This document shows positions 1 through 10,017 of a stretch of DNA of 64,000 nucleotides, one piece after another. Made by a program: the position numbers and the translations under genes. Numbering within the stretch: position 1 is the stretch's first letter; each line of letters starts with the position of its first letter. The notes under the pieces are model-generated. The model made no database searches, was not told the DNA's origin, and saw only the letters and a list, made by a program, of their open reading frames with translations. This DNA is from Nitrososphaerota archaeon (GTDB lineage Archaea > Thermoproteota > Nitrososphaeria > Nitrososphaerales > Gagatemarchaeaceae), in contig JAFLZH010000004.1 in assembly GCA_029785615.1 (NCBI GenBank), positions 20,545 through 84,544 on the forward strand. The letters are read 5' to 3'.

Positions 1-193
1 GGAAGATGGGTATCTTCTGGGGCCTGAAGTTGTCAGGGGTGGTCTTCCGGCCCAGGGTGACCACGTGTGGATGCTCGACCAGGACCAGGGAGTCGGGGAT
101 CTCCCCCCTGGCTCTCTTGGCGGCTAGCTCTCTCTGAAGCTCCAGAGCTTCGCCGTACTCCATGGTGCCGAAGTCGAAGAGGAAGCAGCTCAT
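1..193 (-). CDS. lipB: Octanoyl/lipoyl transferase LipB, N-terminal fragment running off the window edge
   Basis: Not in the ORF track. A minus-strand ATG at 193-191 overlaps the lpdA stop (ATGA). My translation, MSCFLFDFGTMEYGEALELQRELAAKRARGEIPDSLVLVEHPHVVTLGRKT..., fits the LipB N-terminal pattern (LxxEHPxVxTxG). Confidence 0.6.
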   Translation of the reverse strand, partial: MSCFLFDFGTMEYGEALELQRELAAKRARGEIPDSLVLVEHPHVVTLGRKTTPDNFRPQKIPIF

Positions 194-1593
194 GCCTTGA
201 GCTGGTGGATCGGGTGGCCGGCGGCGGACTCCGCCGCTTCCATGATCGCTTCCGGCAGAGTGGGGTGGGGGTGGACCGTAAGGGCGATGTCCTCCACGGT
301 GGCTCCCATCTCTATGGCAAGAGCCGCCTCGCTTATCAGGTTCGAAGCCTCAGGCCCGACGATCTGGACGCCGAGGACAAGGCCGTCCTCCTCGTTCGAG
401 ACGACCTTGACGAACCCCTCGGGCTCCCCTGCCGAGAGGGCCCTCCCCAGGGCGGCGAACTGAAACCTGCTCCGCTTCACTTTGTATCCTGCCTCGATGG
501 CCTTGGCCTCTGTCAGGCCCGCGCTGGCGACCTCGGGGTCACAGAAGACCGCGTCTGGGATGACCTTCCAGTCCGCTGCAGATGGAAGGCCCGAGATGCA
601 CTCCGCTGCCACGATCCCCTCCTTGGAGGCCTTGTGCGCCAGGAGAGGGGGGCCTCTCACGTCCCCGATGGCATAGACGCCAGGGACGTTCGTCTGCATC
701 TTCTCGTTGGTGAGTATGTACCCCCTCGGGTCGGTCTGCACGCCGATGGCTGCGAGGTTGAGATTCTCTATCCTGGGCTTCCGCCCGACGCTCACCAGGA
801 TCTTGTCCGCCACGACGGTCAGCGTCCCTTCGGGGGTCTCTATCTCGACTTCGGCCTCGGACCCCTTCTTCACGACTCGCGCGACCTTCGACTTCAGGTG
901 GACCTTCCCGCCCCTTGCCTCAAGCTTCCTATGGACGGTCCTTACGATCTCGGGGTCGCTCCCCGGCAGGAGCTGGTCCATTATCTCGACGACCGTGACC
1001 TGGCTCCCGAGCTTCTGGAACAACGAGGCGAACTCCAGCCCTATGGCGCCTCCCCCCACTATCAGCAGTCGGCCGGGAGCGCCCTTGAGTTCGAGCCCCT
1101 CCTTCGAGCTGATCACCAAGTCGCCGTCGAACTCTAGGCCAGGCAGGCTCGACGTCCTGGTCCCGGTGGCGATCACCAGGCTCCTGAACGAGACGTCCTC
1201 CTTTCCCTGGGCGGTGGTCACCACCAGGCGGTCCTTCGACACCACTTCGGCCACGCCGAAGATTACCGAGGCCCGGTAGCCACGCAGCAGCCCCTCCACC
1301 CCGCTGACGAGCTTCGAGACGACCTCGGACTTCCACTTCTGCAGCTGGGCGAAGTCCACGGAGACGCTGGAGGCCCTCAGGCCGAACTTCTCAGCCTCCT
1401 TGATCTTGTCGACAAGCTTGGAGACCGTTATGAGGGACTTCGATGGTATGCACCCGTAGTTCAGGCACTCCCCTCCGAGCCTGTCGGCTTCTATGACCAC
1501 AGTTTTCAGGCCGAGCTGGGCGGACCTGATGCCGCAGACATAGCCCCCGGGTCCTCCTCCGATTATGGCGACGTCTGCCTCTATCATGGACAA
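190..1593 (-). CDS. lpdA: Dihydrolipoamide dehydrogenase (E3)
   Basis: FAD-binding GGGPGGY, redox-active disulfide GGECLNYGCIPSK, a second NAD fold GGGAIGLE and the C-terminal HPHPTLPE dimerisation motif. Confidence 0.95.
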   Translation of the reverse strand: MSMIEADVAIIGGGPGGYVCGIRSAQLGLKTVVIEADRLGGECLNYGCIPSKSLITVSKLVDKIKEAEKFGLRASSVSVDFAQLQKWKSEVVSKLVSGVEGLLRGYRASVIFGVAEVVSKDRLVVTTAQGKEDVSFRSLVIATGTRTSSLPGLEFDGDLVISSKEGLELKGAPGRLLIVGGGAIGLEFASLFQKLGSQVTVVEIMDQLLPGSDPEIVRTVHRKLEARGGKVHLKSKVARVVKKGSEAEVEIETPEGTLTVVADKILVSVGRKPRIENLNLAAIGVQTDPRGYILTNEKMQTNVPGVYAIGDVRGPPLLAHKASKEGIVAAECISGLPSAADWKVIPDAVFCDPEVASAGLTEAKAIEAGYKVKRSRFQFAALGRALSAGEPEGFVKVVSNEEDGLVLGVQIVGPEASNLISEAALAIEMGATVEDIALTVHPHPTLPEAIMEAAESAAGHPIHQLKA

Positions 1594-1642
1594 ACGGGGT
1601 CGCCGCTGTCTACGGGCTTAAACGTTGCTGGGAGGCGCCCTG

Positions 1643-2857
1643 CTAGAGGACTTCGGCCAGCAGCTTCTTCGTGTCCTGTATCGTCTCGATCAGTCTCGAG
1701 GTGAACCTTGCCGCATAGGCGCCGTCTATCACCCTGTGGTCGAACGACAGTGAAAGGTAGGTGGTGTCTCTGACTTCTATCTTACCGTCGCGGACGACCG
1801 GTCGCTTGGCTATCTTGTGGAGCCCCAGGATAGCGACCTCAGGGAGGTTGATGATGGGTGTGGCGAAGAGTCCGCCTATCGCCCCGACGTTGGTGATGGT
1901 GAAAGTGGAGCCCCGGACGTCATCGAGCCCAAGCTGCCCGGTCCTGGCCTTCTCAGAGAGCTTGGCAATCTCCCCTGCGAGCTCGAATATGTCCTTCCTG
2001 TCCACGTCCTTCACGACAGGTACGACGAGCCCCTGCTCGGTGTCTGTCGCGATCCCGATGTTGTAGTACTTCTTCAGGACGATGTTCCCGGCCTGTTCGT
2101 CCAGCGAAGAGTTGACGTATGGGAACTCCTTGAGGGCGGGCACCAGCGCCTTGATTATGAACGGGAGGTAGGTCAGGCGCACCCCCCTCTTATCGGCGCT
2201 CCCCCTGAGCGCCTCTCTCAGCAGCACGAGTTCAGTCATGTCCGCCTCGTCGACGTGGGTGACCTGAGCTGTCGTCCTCTGGGACTTCACCATTCTGTCG
2301 GATATGGTCCTCCTCAGGCCCCTCAGTGGGATGAGCTCTTCTCCGGGGCCCCCCCTGGTCGGCTGAAGCGACTGGAGGGCTGCGGCGGTCGCGGCCGGCC
2401 TCGACGCTGACGTCCTGATGTCCTCATCGGTCACCCTCCCCTGTGGCCCCGACCCGTGGACCCTCGCGATGTCCACGCCAAGCTCCCTCGCCAGCCTTCT
2501 CGTGGCCGGAGTAGCGAGGACGGATTGGGCAGGGGCTGGGGGTGCCTGCTGTGACTGGGCAGCCGCCTGCGCTGGCGCGGCCTTGGGGGGAGCCGCTACT
2601 GGGGGGACCGCCGGAGCGCTGGCGTTCCCATCGTCTATCACCAGAATCGTCTGGCCAACCTTTGCCACGTCTCCTTCCTTGACCAGTAGCTTTGACACCC
2701 TCCCGCTCCTGGGGGATGGAATCTGGACGTTCACCTTGTCCGTCATCACTTCGACGATGGGCTGGTCTTCCTTGATCTGGTCCCCTTCCTTCACCATCCA
2801 CTTGATGACCTCTCCCTCGGTGATGCCTTCGCCGAGGTCCGGCAGTCTGAACTCCAA
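1643..2857 (-). CDS. Dihydrolipoamide acyltransferase (E2) of a 2-oxoacid dehydrogenase complex
   Basis: N-terminal lipoyl domain with VMTDKVNVQIPSP, an Ala/Pro linker, a subunit-binding domain (ATPATRRLARELGVD) and the catalytic SFDHRVIDGA motif. Confidence 0.93.
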   Translation of the reverse strand: MEFRLPDLGEGITEGEVIKWMVKEGDQIKEDQPIVEVMTDKVNVQIPSPRSGRVSKLLVKEGDVAKVGQTILVIDDGNASAPAVPPVAAPPKAAPAQAAAQSQQAPPAPAQSVLATPATRRLARELGVDIARVHGSGPQGRVTDEDIRTSASRPAATAAALQSLQPTRGGPGEELIPLRGLRRTISDRMVKSQRTTAQVTHVDEADMTELVLLREALRGSADKRGVRLTYLPFIIKALVPALKEFPYVNSSLDEQAGNIVLKKYYNIGIATDTEQGLVVPVVKDVDRKDIFELAGEIAKLSEKARTGQLGLDDVRGSTFTITNVGAIGGLFATPIINLPEVAILGLHKIAKRPVVRDGKIEVRDTTYLSLSFDHRVIDGAYAARFTSRLIETIQDTKKLLAEVL

Positions 2858-2919
2858 GACAGATACGGGCGACCCGGTGGAGGGTTAAAAACTGTGCAGC
2901 CAGCTCGTGGGGAGCCTAT

Positions 2920-5070
2920 TCAGTAGCCGACCACGTCGAGGGCCGCCTTCATGACGCGTTCCTTGCTCGGGATATAGTTGTCCTCGAGCTTGGCCAGGGG
3001 TACGGGTATGTCGTAGCCGGTCACCCTCCTGACGGGCGCCTTCAGGTAGTCCAGGGCCCTCTCAGCCACGGTGGCCGCTACCTCCGCCCCTATCCCGACA
3101 TTGCGGGGCGCTTCGTGGACGACGACGAGCCTTCCGGTCTTCTGCACCGATCCCACCACGGTTTCGAAGTCGATGGGGGAGACGGTTCGCAGGTCGACCA
3201 CTTCGGCCGAGACAGACCTCTCGCTCTGAAGCGCCTCCGCCGCCTGTGCGGTGGGGACCATCATCGCGCCGTAGGAGACGAGCGTGACGTCGTTGCCCTG
3301 CCTTACCACACTTGCCTTGCCTATGGGGATGCGGTACTCCTCCTCAGGGACGTCGGCCTTGGGGGAGTCGTAGATCTTCTTGGGCTCCATGAACACCACC
3401 GGGTCCGGGTCGGTCAGGGCGGATGCGAGGAGGCCTTTGGCGTCATATGGGGTGGAGGGGACTACGACCTTCAGCCCCGGCGTGTGGGCGAAGTAGGCTT
3501 CGGGGGATTCAGAGTGGAGCTCTGGGGGTCGTATGCCTGCCCCATAGGGGAATCGGATGACACCCCTGAGTGCGAACCTCCCTCTGGTCCTGTTCCTCAT
3601 CCTGGCTATGTGACTGAAGATCTGGTCGAAGGCAGGGAAAGTGAAGCCGTCAAACTGGAACTCGGCCACGGGGACCATGCCGCCGATAGAGAGGCCCACG
3701 AATATGCCAGCTATGCTGAGCTCGGCCAGGGGGGTGTCGAAGACCCTGCTGGGGCCGAACTCGTCAAAAAGCCCGCGCGTCACCTGGAAGACGCCGCCGT
3801 TCTTTGCCACGTCCTCCCCGAATATCACCAGCCTGCTGTCGCGCCGCAGGCCCTCCCTGAGGGCCATGTTGACCGCGTTCCTGATGTTTATCCCCGGCTT
3901 CCCGCCGGTGGCCGACGGCTCGGGCGCCGAAGCCGCTGGGCCAGACTGTCCCCCAAGAAACTCGGCCTTCTCCATGGCGAGGACTGGGGTGAGTGAGGAG
4001 TAGGTGTAGTCGAATATCGCCTCCGGGTCCACGGGGGGGGTCGCCCTGTAGGCAGCTATCGCCTCGTTCATCTTGTCCTGGGCGGCGGCAGCGACAGCCT
4101 CCTTCGTCTTGTCGTCCAGCAGGCCGCGCGACCTCAGGTACTTCTCGAATCTGACGATGGGGCTCCTCCGCTCCCATTCAGCGACCTCATCCGGAGCCTT
4201 CAGCTTGTTGGAGACAAGCTCGGCGGTCGTGTGCGGGCCGAGCCTGTAGGTAGAGTACTCGATCAGGGTGGGTCCCCCGCCCCTCCTTGCCTTGTCGACC
4301 GCGTACTTGGTAGCCTCATAGGACGCGATGACGTCGTTGCCGTCGACGAGGATCCCTTCGAAGCCGTAGGCGACTGCCTTCTGGGCGATGGTCTTCGACG
4401 CCGTCTGGGCGCCCCTCCTGACGGAGAGGGCCCACTGGTTGTTCTCCACCCCGAATATGACTGGCAGGTCGTAGACCCCGGCTATGTTCATCGCTTCGTG
4501 GAAGTCCGCCTTGGAGGTGCCGCCGTCCCCGGTGACCACGAATACAACTGACTTCTCCCCCTGCAGGCGCTTCGCCATCGCGAGCCCCGCGGCGTGAGGG
4601 AGCTGGGTGGCAACTGGAACGGCCAGCGGGAGCATGTTCAGGTCCCCGGGCGTCTGCATCCCCCTCTCGTCCCCGCCCCAGTACTGCAGCAGCTTGACTG
4701 GGGGCATCCCGAAGGCCAGCATACCCGCGGAGTCTCTGTACATGGGGACGTACCAATCTCCCCGCTCCAGGGCGTTGACCGGCCCAATCTGCGCCGCCTC
4801 CTGCCCCTTGCCGGGCGCATAGGTCCCGATCTCCCTGAGGGTCGAGAGGTTGGTCGCCTTGTCGTCGAAGAGGCGGCCGAAAACAAGCTGCTCGTAGATC
4901 CGTTTCAGAGTATCCGGTGAGAGGTTTGGGTCCTTCCCGCGGATGCCTCCGTCGGGGGATAGCCTCTGAAAGAGAAACTCTTCGGGAGTGGCGAACTTGA
5001 AATCAGACTCGCTGAAGATTCGTGGTACCGCGTCGGTGCCAGACCTCTTCATGGAATCTTCTTCGGTCAA
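2920..5070 (-). CDS. Fused E1 alpha-beta subunit of a 2-oxoacid dehydrogenase
   Basis: 716 aa. The N-terminal half has the TPP-binding GDGGTSKADFHEAMN motif of E1-alpha. The C-terminal half is E1-beta-like (VIFGEDVAKNGGVFQVTRGL ... PVVFMEPKKIY). Confidence 0.9.
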   Translation of the reverse strand: MTEEDSMKRSGTDAVPRIFSESDFKFATPEEFLFQRLSPDGGIRGKDPNLSPDTLKRIYEQLVFGRLFDDKATNLSTLREIGTYAPGKGQEAAQIGPVNALERGDWYVPMYRDSAGMLAFGMPPVKLLQYWGGDERGMQTPGDLNMLPLAVPVATQLPHAAGLAMAKRLQGEKSVVFVVTGDGGTSKADFHEAMNIAGVYDLPVIFGVENNQWALSVRRGAQTASKTIAQKAVAYGFEGILVDGNDVIASYEATKYAVDKARRGGGPTLIEYSTYRLGPHTTAELVSNKLKAPDEVAEWERRSPIVRFEKYLRSRGLLDDKTKEAVAAAAQDKMNEAIAAYRATPPVDPEAIFDYTYSSLTPVLAMEKAEFLGGQSGPAASAPEPSATGGKPGINIRNAVNMALREGLRRDSRLVIFGEDVAKNGGVFQVTRGLFDEFGPSRVFDTPLAELSIAGIFVGLSIGGMVPVAEFQFDGFTFPAFDQIFSHIARMRNRTRGRFALRGVIRFPYGAGIRPPELHSESPEAYFAHTPGLKVVVPSTPYDAKGLLASALTDPDPVVFMEPKKIYDSPKADVPEEEYRIPIGKASVVRQGNDVTLVSYGAMMVPTAQAAEALQSERSVSAEVVDLRTVSPIDFETVVGSVQKTGRLVVVHEAPRNVGIGAEVAATVAERALDYLKAPVRRVTGYDIPVPLAKLEDNYIPSKERVMKAALDVVGY

Positions 5071-5993
5071 GGATTTTTTCTGATTCCGGCGCCCATATAA
5101 GATTGGTGGGCTCTACTGTTCCTTTGGATGGCCGTCCTGATGAAGAATTCCCCCGCGCGGTAGCTGCTTCTCACCAGCGGGCCCGAGGCGACGTACAAGA
5201 ACCCGAGTTCTTCACCCATGGCTCTGTATCGTCCGAAGTGTATGGGGTCGACGTAATCGGCCACTTTAAGGTGGCGCGCGGAAGGGCGGAGGTACTGTCC
5301 CACCGTGAGGAAGTCCACGTCCGCCTGCCTCAGGTGCGTCATCGCCTGGTATACCTCCTCCTCTGACTCCCCGAGGCCCACCATTATGGACGACTTGGTG
5401 TAGACGCCAGGGTCCAGCTTCTTCACGTTCCGCAGGACCGAGAGCGACTGCCAGTAGTTCGCCCGCGGGTCCCTCACCCTGTGGGTGAGAGAAATAGTGG
5501 TCTCGATGTTGTGGGCTATGACGTCGGGTCGCGCTTCGACGACAGCCCTCAGGCCGTCGAGGTCCCCCTGGAAGTCTGGGATCAGGACTTCGACGAGCAT
5601 CCCCGGGTTCTCCTCCTTCACGAGCTTGACCGTGCGGGCGATGTGGGAAGCCCCGCCGTCAGGCAGGTCGTCTCTGTCTACAGAGGTCAGCACTACGTAG
5701 GTCAGGCCCATCTGGGAAAGGGCGAATGCGACGTTCTCTGGCTCGAGCTCGTCCAGGACCCCCTGGGGCTTCCCCGGGGTGACCATGCAGAACCGGCATG
5801 CCCGCGAGCAGACGTCCCCCATCAGCATCAGGGTGGCCGTCCCGCCCCCCCAGCATTCGTGGACGTTCGGACAGTGGGCTTCCTCGCAGACCGTGTGCAG
5901 GTTCAAGCGGCCGAAGAGGGCCTTCAGGTCGTCGTAGTTCTCCCCGATGGGAGGTTTTACAGTGAGCCAACTTGGCTTGGGATCGGCTAGCAA
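5067..5993 (-). CDS. lipA: Lipoyl synthase (radical SAM)
   Basis: Auxiliary cluster motif CEEAHCPNVHECW and radical-SAM CSRACRFC. The 3' end overlaps the E1 start by 4 nt. Confidence 0.93.
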   Translation of the reverse strand: MLADPKPSWLTVKPPIGENYDDLKALFGRLNLHTVCEEAHCPNVHECWGGGTATLMLMGDVCSRACRFCMVTPGKPQGVLDELEPENVAFALSQMGLTYVVLTSVDRDDLPDGGASHIARTVKLVKEENPGMLVEVLIPDFQGDLDGLRAVVEARPDVIAHNIETTISLTHRVRDPRANYWQSLSVLRNVKKLDPGVYTKSSIMVGLGESEEEVYQAMTHLRQADVDFLTVGQYLRPSARHLKVADYVDPIHFGRYRAMGEELGFLYVASGPLVRSSYRAGEFFIRTAIQRNSRAHQSYMGAGIRKNP

Positions 5994-5995
5994 TT

Positions 5996-6430
5996 TCAGC
6001 TGCTGACGAGCAACTTCAGCCTGTCAAAATCCTTTACGGAAAAGGTGCCTTCGCAGGCGTAGCAGCCTTCCACCTTGAAGTCGGGCTCAAGGTCGCCGTG
6101 CAGGAGGCACATCATCTTGTTGAACCTGATGTAGTCGAGGACCTCGGTCATCGACCGGAGCGCCTCTCTGGTGTCGGGATGGTCCAAGGAGAGCTCCTTG
6201 GCTATCTTGTCCGCGGCCTTCGTCACGGTCGGGTCGCCCTCGAGGTTGACCATGACCCCCCTCGTCTTTCTCGCGTAGTTACTCACTGAGGCCTGGGTGA
6301 CCCCGAGGCGCTTCGCGACCTCCTGCTGGGTGAGACGGTACTCCTCCTGCAGCCTTCTCGCCACCATGGCCCTCAGGGCGGGGAGGGCTGACTTCGCGAC
6401 TATCTCATAGGGGCTGATGAGGCGGGTCAT
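5996..6430 (-). CDS. HTH transcriptional regulator with a C-terminal Cys/His cluster
   Basis: HTH segment LTQQEVAKRLGVTQASVSNYARK; C-terminal CLLHGD...CYAC. It heads the lipA-E1-E2-E3-lipB gene string. Confidence 0.6.
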   Translation of the reverse strand: MTRLISPYEIVAKSALPALRAMVARRLQEEYRLTQQEVAKRLGVTQASVSNYARKTRGVMVNLEGDPTVTKAADKIAKELSLDHPDTREALRSMTEVLDYIRFNKMMCLLHGDLEPDFKVEGCYACEGTFSVKDFDRLKLLVSS

Positions 6431-6607
6431 CGTCTTTTCAATAACGTATGTTATAGTCCGTTATTTAAGGCGATACTCACGCCACAGCTCACTTTCGCAG
6501 CCGACGCTTTTCTGACGACTGGCCGACCGCAAACTTATTGGAGGAGGCCGAGGAGTTTCCCACAGTTCTTGACGCCGCGCCCAGACGACCCAAGGAGACG
6601 GTGAGCG

Positions 6608-9475
6608 GTGCAAGGGCAGAACGTCTTCCAGTTCCTTTCGCCTCCCCTGCTCGCAGCCTTGAAGGAACGGGGATTCGACTCCCCCACCGACCCCCAGGCG
6701 AAGCTCCTCCCCATAGTGATGAAAGGAAAGAATGCGCTCCTCATGGCCCCGACGGGGACTGGGAAGACTGAAGCGGCCCTGCTTCCGATTCTTGACGCCA
6801 TCATCCGCGAGGGCGAGACGAGAGAGAAGGGGACGAAACTGTTGTACATCACCCCGCTCCGAGCTCTCAACAGGGACATGCTCGACAGGATGCAGTGGTG
6901 GTGCAAGCGCTTCGACATCAGGCTGGGAGTGAGGCACGGAGACAGTAGCCAGGCAGAGAGGACCAACCTGAGCCTGGCCCCGCCCGACATACTCATCACG
7001 ACGCCGGAGACCCTCCAGATCATGCTCGTGGGGAGGAGGATCAGGCAGAACCTGGCGAAGCTGAGGTGGGTGGTGGTGGACGAGGTGCACGAGCTCTCGG
7101 AGGACAAGAGAGGGAGCCAACTGAGCGTCGGGCTCGAGAGGCTGAGGGACGTGGCAGAGAAGGAGTTCCAGGTAGTCGGTCTGTCGGCCACCGTCGGCTC
7201 CCCGGAGAAGGTCGCTCAGTTCCTAGTGGGGAACGGGAGAGAATGCGAGGTGGTGCGCGTCCCGGTTGAGAAGAGCCTGTCGCTGAAGGTGGTGGCCCCC
7301 AGGGCGACGGGGGACGACAGGATCCTCGCCGATGCCATATACTCCTACCCCGAAGTCGCGGCCAGGCTCAGGACCGTCAGGGAGCTGGTGGAGAAATACA
7401 GGTCAGTCCTCATTTTCACGAACACGCGGTCGGAGGCCGAGGCGCTGTCGAGTCGATTCAGGGTGTGGGATCCAGGATTCGCCATAGCGGTCCACCACAG
7501 CTCGCTGTCCAAGGCGACCAGGGAAGCCGTCGAGAGGAGCCTCAAGGATGGGAAGCTGCTCGGAGTAATATGCACGAGCAGCCTCGAGCTCGGCATAGAC
7601 ATAGGGTTCCTTGAGTATGTGATTCAGTACAACTCCCCGAGGCAGGTGACCAGGCTGATTCAGAGGGTAGGACGCAGCGGGCACAGGGTGGGTGAGGTCT
7701 CCAATGGGCTGGTGATCACCCAGGACTCTGACGACACGCTGGAAGCCGCCGTGCTCTGCAGGAAGGCGGTGATGGGCGAGCTGGAACCCCTCGAGCCGAT
7801 CTTCAACCCCTACGACGTGGCCATACACCAGGTCGCCGGGCTGCTCATCGAGCAGGGGAACTGGAACTTCGACGACCTGGTGGCCTTCTTCAAGAGGAGC
7901 TATGCCTATGCGGAACTCGACGGGGAGAGGATGAAGAAGGTGCTCACCTACATGCGGGAGCGCTATCCCCGCCTGGCCTACTACAGTGAATCGGACGGGA
8001 AGGTCTTCCGCGCCAGGGACGTCAAGCCGCTGTTCCAGTACTACTTCGACAACCTCTCGATGATTCCGGACGAGAAGCAGTACCTGGTCATCGAAGGGGA
8101 CACGTTCGTCGGCACCTTGGACGAGGCGTTCGTGTCGGAGTACGGGGAGGTCGGTGTCAAGTTCGTGGAGGCGGGGAGGTGCTGGAAGGTAGAGCAGATC
8201 TACGGGAACAAGGTATACGTGAGGTCAGAGGATGATCCGACGGGTGCAGTCCCCCACTGGGTGGGAGATGAGATACCTGTCCCGATGGAGGTCGCGGCAG
8301 AGGTAGGGTCCGTACGAAGGAGGTACGCCGAGGAGTTGGAGAAGGGTGGAGAGGCTGAATACCTGGACGAGCTGGCCAGGACTTACCCGGCCTCCAAGGA
8401 CGCCCTCCAGGAATCCTTGAAGGAGGTCGCGGAGCAGCAGGCTGCGAAGCTCCCCATACCCTCAGAGAGGCTTGTGACCATCGAGAAGTGGGACAAGTAC
8501 CTGGTCATACAGGCGGCCTTCGGGCACAGGGTGAACAGGCTGCTGGCCAGGGTCCTCGGTCACCTCATTTCCGAACGGATAGGGCAGTCGGTAGCCGTCC
8601 ACCAGGACCCTTACCGGATTGTGATCGAGGCCGAGGTGACGCCCGCCGTCGTCCTTTCGGTGGTCGAGGAGCTCCACAAGCTCGACCTGAAGGCAGCGAC
8701 TGAGAAAGCCGTAGAGAGGAGCGGGATCTTCAAGCGGCGCCTCATCCACGCGGGCAAGAAGTGCGGCGCCATAGCCAAGGACGCAGACTACGCAAGTGTC
8801 TCCATCGCCGGGATCATCGAAGCCCTCAGGGACACCCCCGTCTACGAAGAGGCGATGAGCATGATTTTCCACGACGACTTCGACCTCTCGGCGGCTGCCG
8901 ACGTGATCGAGAAGATTAACGCAGGCGCGATTGACGTGAAGCTGGTAGAGTACGAGGGGCTCACCCCCATCGCCAGAATCGGGGTGGAGGAGATCAGCAG
9001 ACGTGGAGAGATAGTCTCACCAGAGCGGTTGAGGGCCCTCCTGAAGCAGTCGACCAGGGCAAGGGTCAACGAGACGTTCCTCGTGGCGGTCTGCACCAGC
9101 TGCTGGAACTTCCTGGAGCTTAGAAAGGTCGCAGACCTAGAGGGGCTCGAGAGCTGCCCCGCGTGCGGGAAGCCTAGGTTGGGGCTCTCGACCGACTCTT
9201 ATGAGAACGTCTTCTCGCTGGCCATGAAGGCCAGGAGCAGGGCGGCTCTTACCGGAGCCAAGCTGAAGGTGGTCGAGGCGCTCAGAAAGTCGTCGGAGCT
9301 GAGGAAGGAGTACGGTCACGCCGCTGACATGATCCTGGCCGGGAGGGGGATAAGGCTGGCAGAAGCTGCAGCGCTGGCCGCGAAGATGAGGAAGGAAGGG
9401 ACGGATGTCGTTGAACTCATCATCGAAGGAGAGAGGGAGGCGCTGCGCAGGCGCTACTTCTTCGCCGCTTCCTGA
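6608..9475 (+). CDS. Lhr-type superfamily-2 DNA helicase (paralog 1) with a C-terminal zinc ribbon
   Basis: Walker A APTGTGKTEAALLPIL, DEVH box VVVDEVHEL, SAT, QRVGRSGHR motif VI and a late CTSCWN...CPACG ribbon. About 950 aa, typical of archaeal Lhr. Confidence 0.85.
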   Translation: MQGQNVFQFLSPPLLAALKERGFDSPTDPQAKLLPIVMKGKNALLMAPTGTGKTEAALLPILDAIIREGETREKGTKLLYITPLRALNRDMLDRMQWWCKRFDIRLGVRHGDSSQAERTNLSLAPPDILITTPETLQIMLVGRRIRQNLAKLRWVVVDEVHELSEDKRGSQLSVGLERLRDVAEKEFQVVGLSATVGSPEKVAQFLVGNGRECEVVRVPVEKSLSLKVVAPRATGDDRILADAIYSYPEVAARLRTVRELVEKYRSVLIFTNTRSEAEALSSRFRVWDPGFAIAVHHSSLSKATREAVERSLKDGKLLGVICTSSLELGIDIGFLEYVIQYNSPRQVTRLIQRVGRSGHRVGEVSNGLVITQDSDDTLEAAVLCRKAVMGELEPLEPIFNPYDVAIHQVAGLLIEQGNWNFDDLVAFFKRSYAYAELDGERMKKVLTYMRERYPRLAYYSESDGKVFRARDVKPLFQYYFDNLSMIPDEKQYLVIEGDTFVGTLDEAFVSEYGEVGVKFVEAGRCWKVEQIYGNKVYVRSEDDPTGAVPHWVGDEIPVPMEVAAEVGSVRRRYAEELEKGGEAEYLDELARTYPASKDALQESLKEVAEQQAAKLPIPSERLVTIEKWDKYLVIQAAFGHRVNRLLARVLGHLISERIGQSVAVHQDPYRIVIEAEVTPAVVLSVVEELHKLDLKAATEKAVERSGIFKRRLIHAGKKCGAIAKDADYASVSIAGIIEALRDTPVYEEAMSMIFHDDFDLSAAADVIEKINAGAIDVKLVEYEGLTPIARIGVEEISRRGEIVSPERLRALLKQSTRARVNETFLVAVCTSCWNFLELRKVADLEGLESCPACGKPRLGLSTDSYENVFSLAMKARSRAALTGAKLKVVEALRKSSELRKEYGHAADMILAGRGIRLAEAAALAAKMRKEGTDVVELIIEGEREALRRRYFFAAS

Positions 9476-10017
9476 GCGCGCGACAGTATCAGCGTCATGA
9501 GAGTCTTCTCGTCCACCTCCGCTCTGGTCCTCCAGCCTATGTGCACCATGGTCCGTTCGTCCTGCTCTAGGTAGCCGCGCTTCACGTACCGGTCGAGCGA
9601 GTAGTCGATCCTCCACCTGGGGAACTTCTCCCTGAGGAACTGCTCGACCTCGCGCCTGGCGACACGGCCGGTCTTGGAGTTGACGAAGGCGATGGTTGCC
9701 GCGAGGACAGCCAGGTCGTCTATCCTGATGCCCGACGTTTCCGCCTCCGTGACGGTAGGAGGCTCCTTGAACCTCAGGAGGAAGCGGGATGAATCGTCGG
9801 TCCCGTCGACGCCCTTCACCTCGAACACCTCGAGGCCCATGGGTGCGACGTCTTCTGAGAGGACTCCGATGATCTTGCGGTAGTCCCTCCCCAGGTACCG
9901 CTTCATCTCCCACCCCTTGACGCCGGGGTTACGCCCACGCTGGAGGACTAAGACCTGGAAGGCCCGCCTGACCTTCCTCTCCAGAAGCGCCCTGTCAGCG
10001 GTGTCCGACTCCATCAA
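9454..10017 (-). CDS. KITE-family tandem winged-helix protein (ScpB / Nse3-MAGE-like), SMC-kleisin partner
   Basis: 187 aa with two WH-like halves: VLVLQRGRNPGVKGWEMKRYL...GLEVFEVKG...RFLLRF and LAVLAATIAFVNSKTGRVARREVEQFL...YVKRGYLEQD...IGWRTRAEV. The start overlaps the stop of the kleisin-like gene by 4 nt. Confidence 0.6.
   Translation of the reverse strand: MMESDTADRALLERKVRRAFQVLVLQRGRNPGVKGWEMKRYLGRDYRKIIGVLSEDVAPMGLEVFEVKGVDGTDDSSRFLLRFKEPPTVTEAETSGIRIDDLAVLAATIAFVNSKTGRVARREVEQFLREKFPRWRIDYSLDRYVKRGYLEQDERTMVHIGWRTRAEVDEKTLMTLILSRAQEAAKK

Noticed and set aside
67-1137. A 356-aa plus-strand ORF, with several shorter ones, overlapping lpdA.
   Set aside because: It is an Arg/Pro/Gly/Leu-rich shadow ORF typical of the antisense strand of GC-rich genes. 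The minus strand carries unmistakable E3 motifs. The same reasoning removes the many antisense or out-of-frame ORFs listed inside E2, E1, lipA, both Lhr genes, the SMC-like gene, pheST, trpS, nrdJ, tiaS and the giant gene (for example 3115-3996, 6461-7191, 12539-13075, 13110-13706, 14593-15222, 43415-44239, 49890-50540, 53494-54174, 57377-58153).
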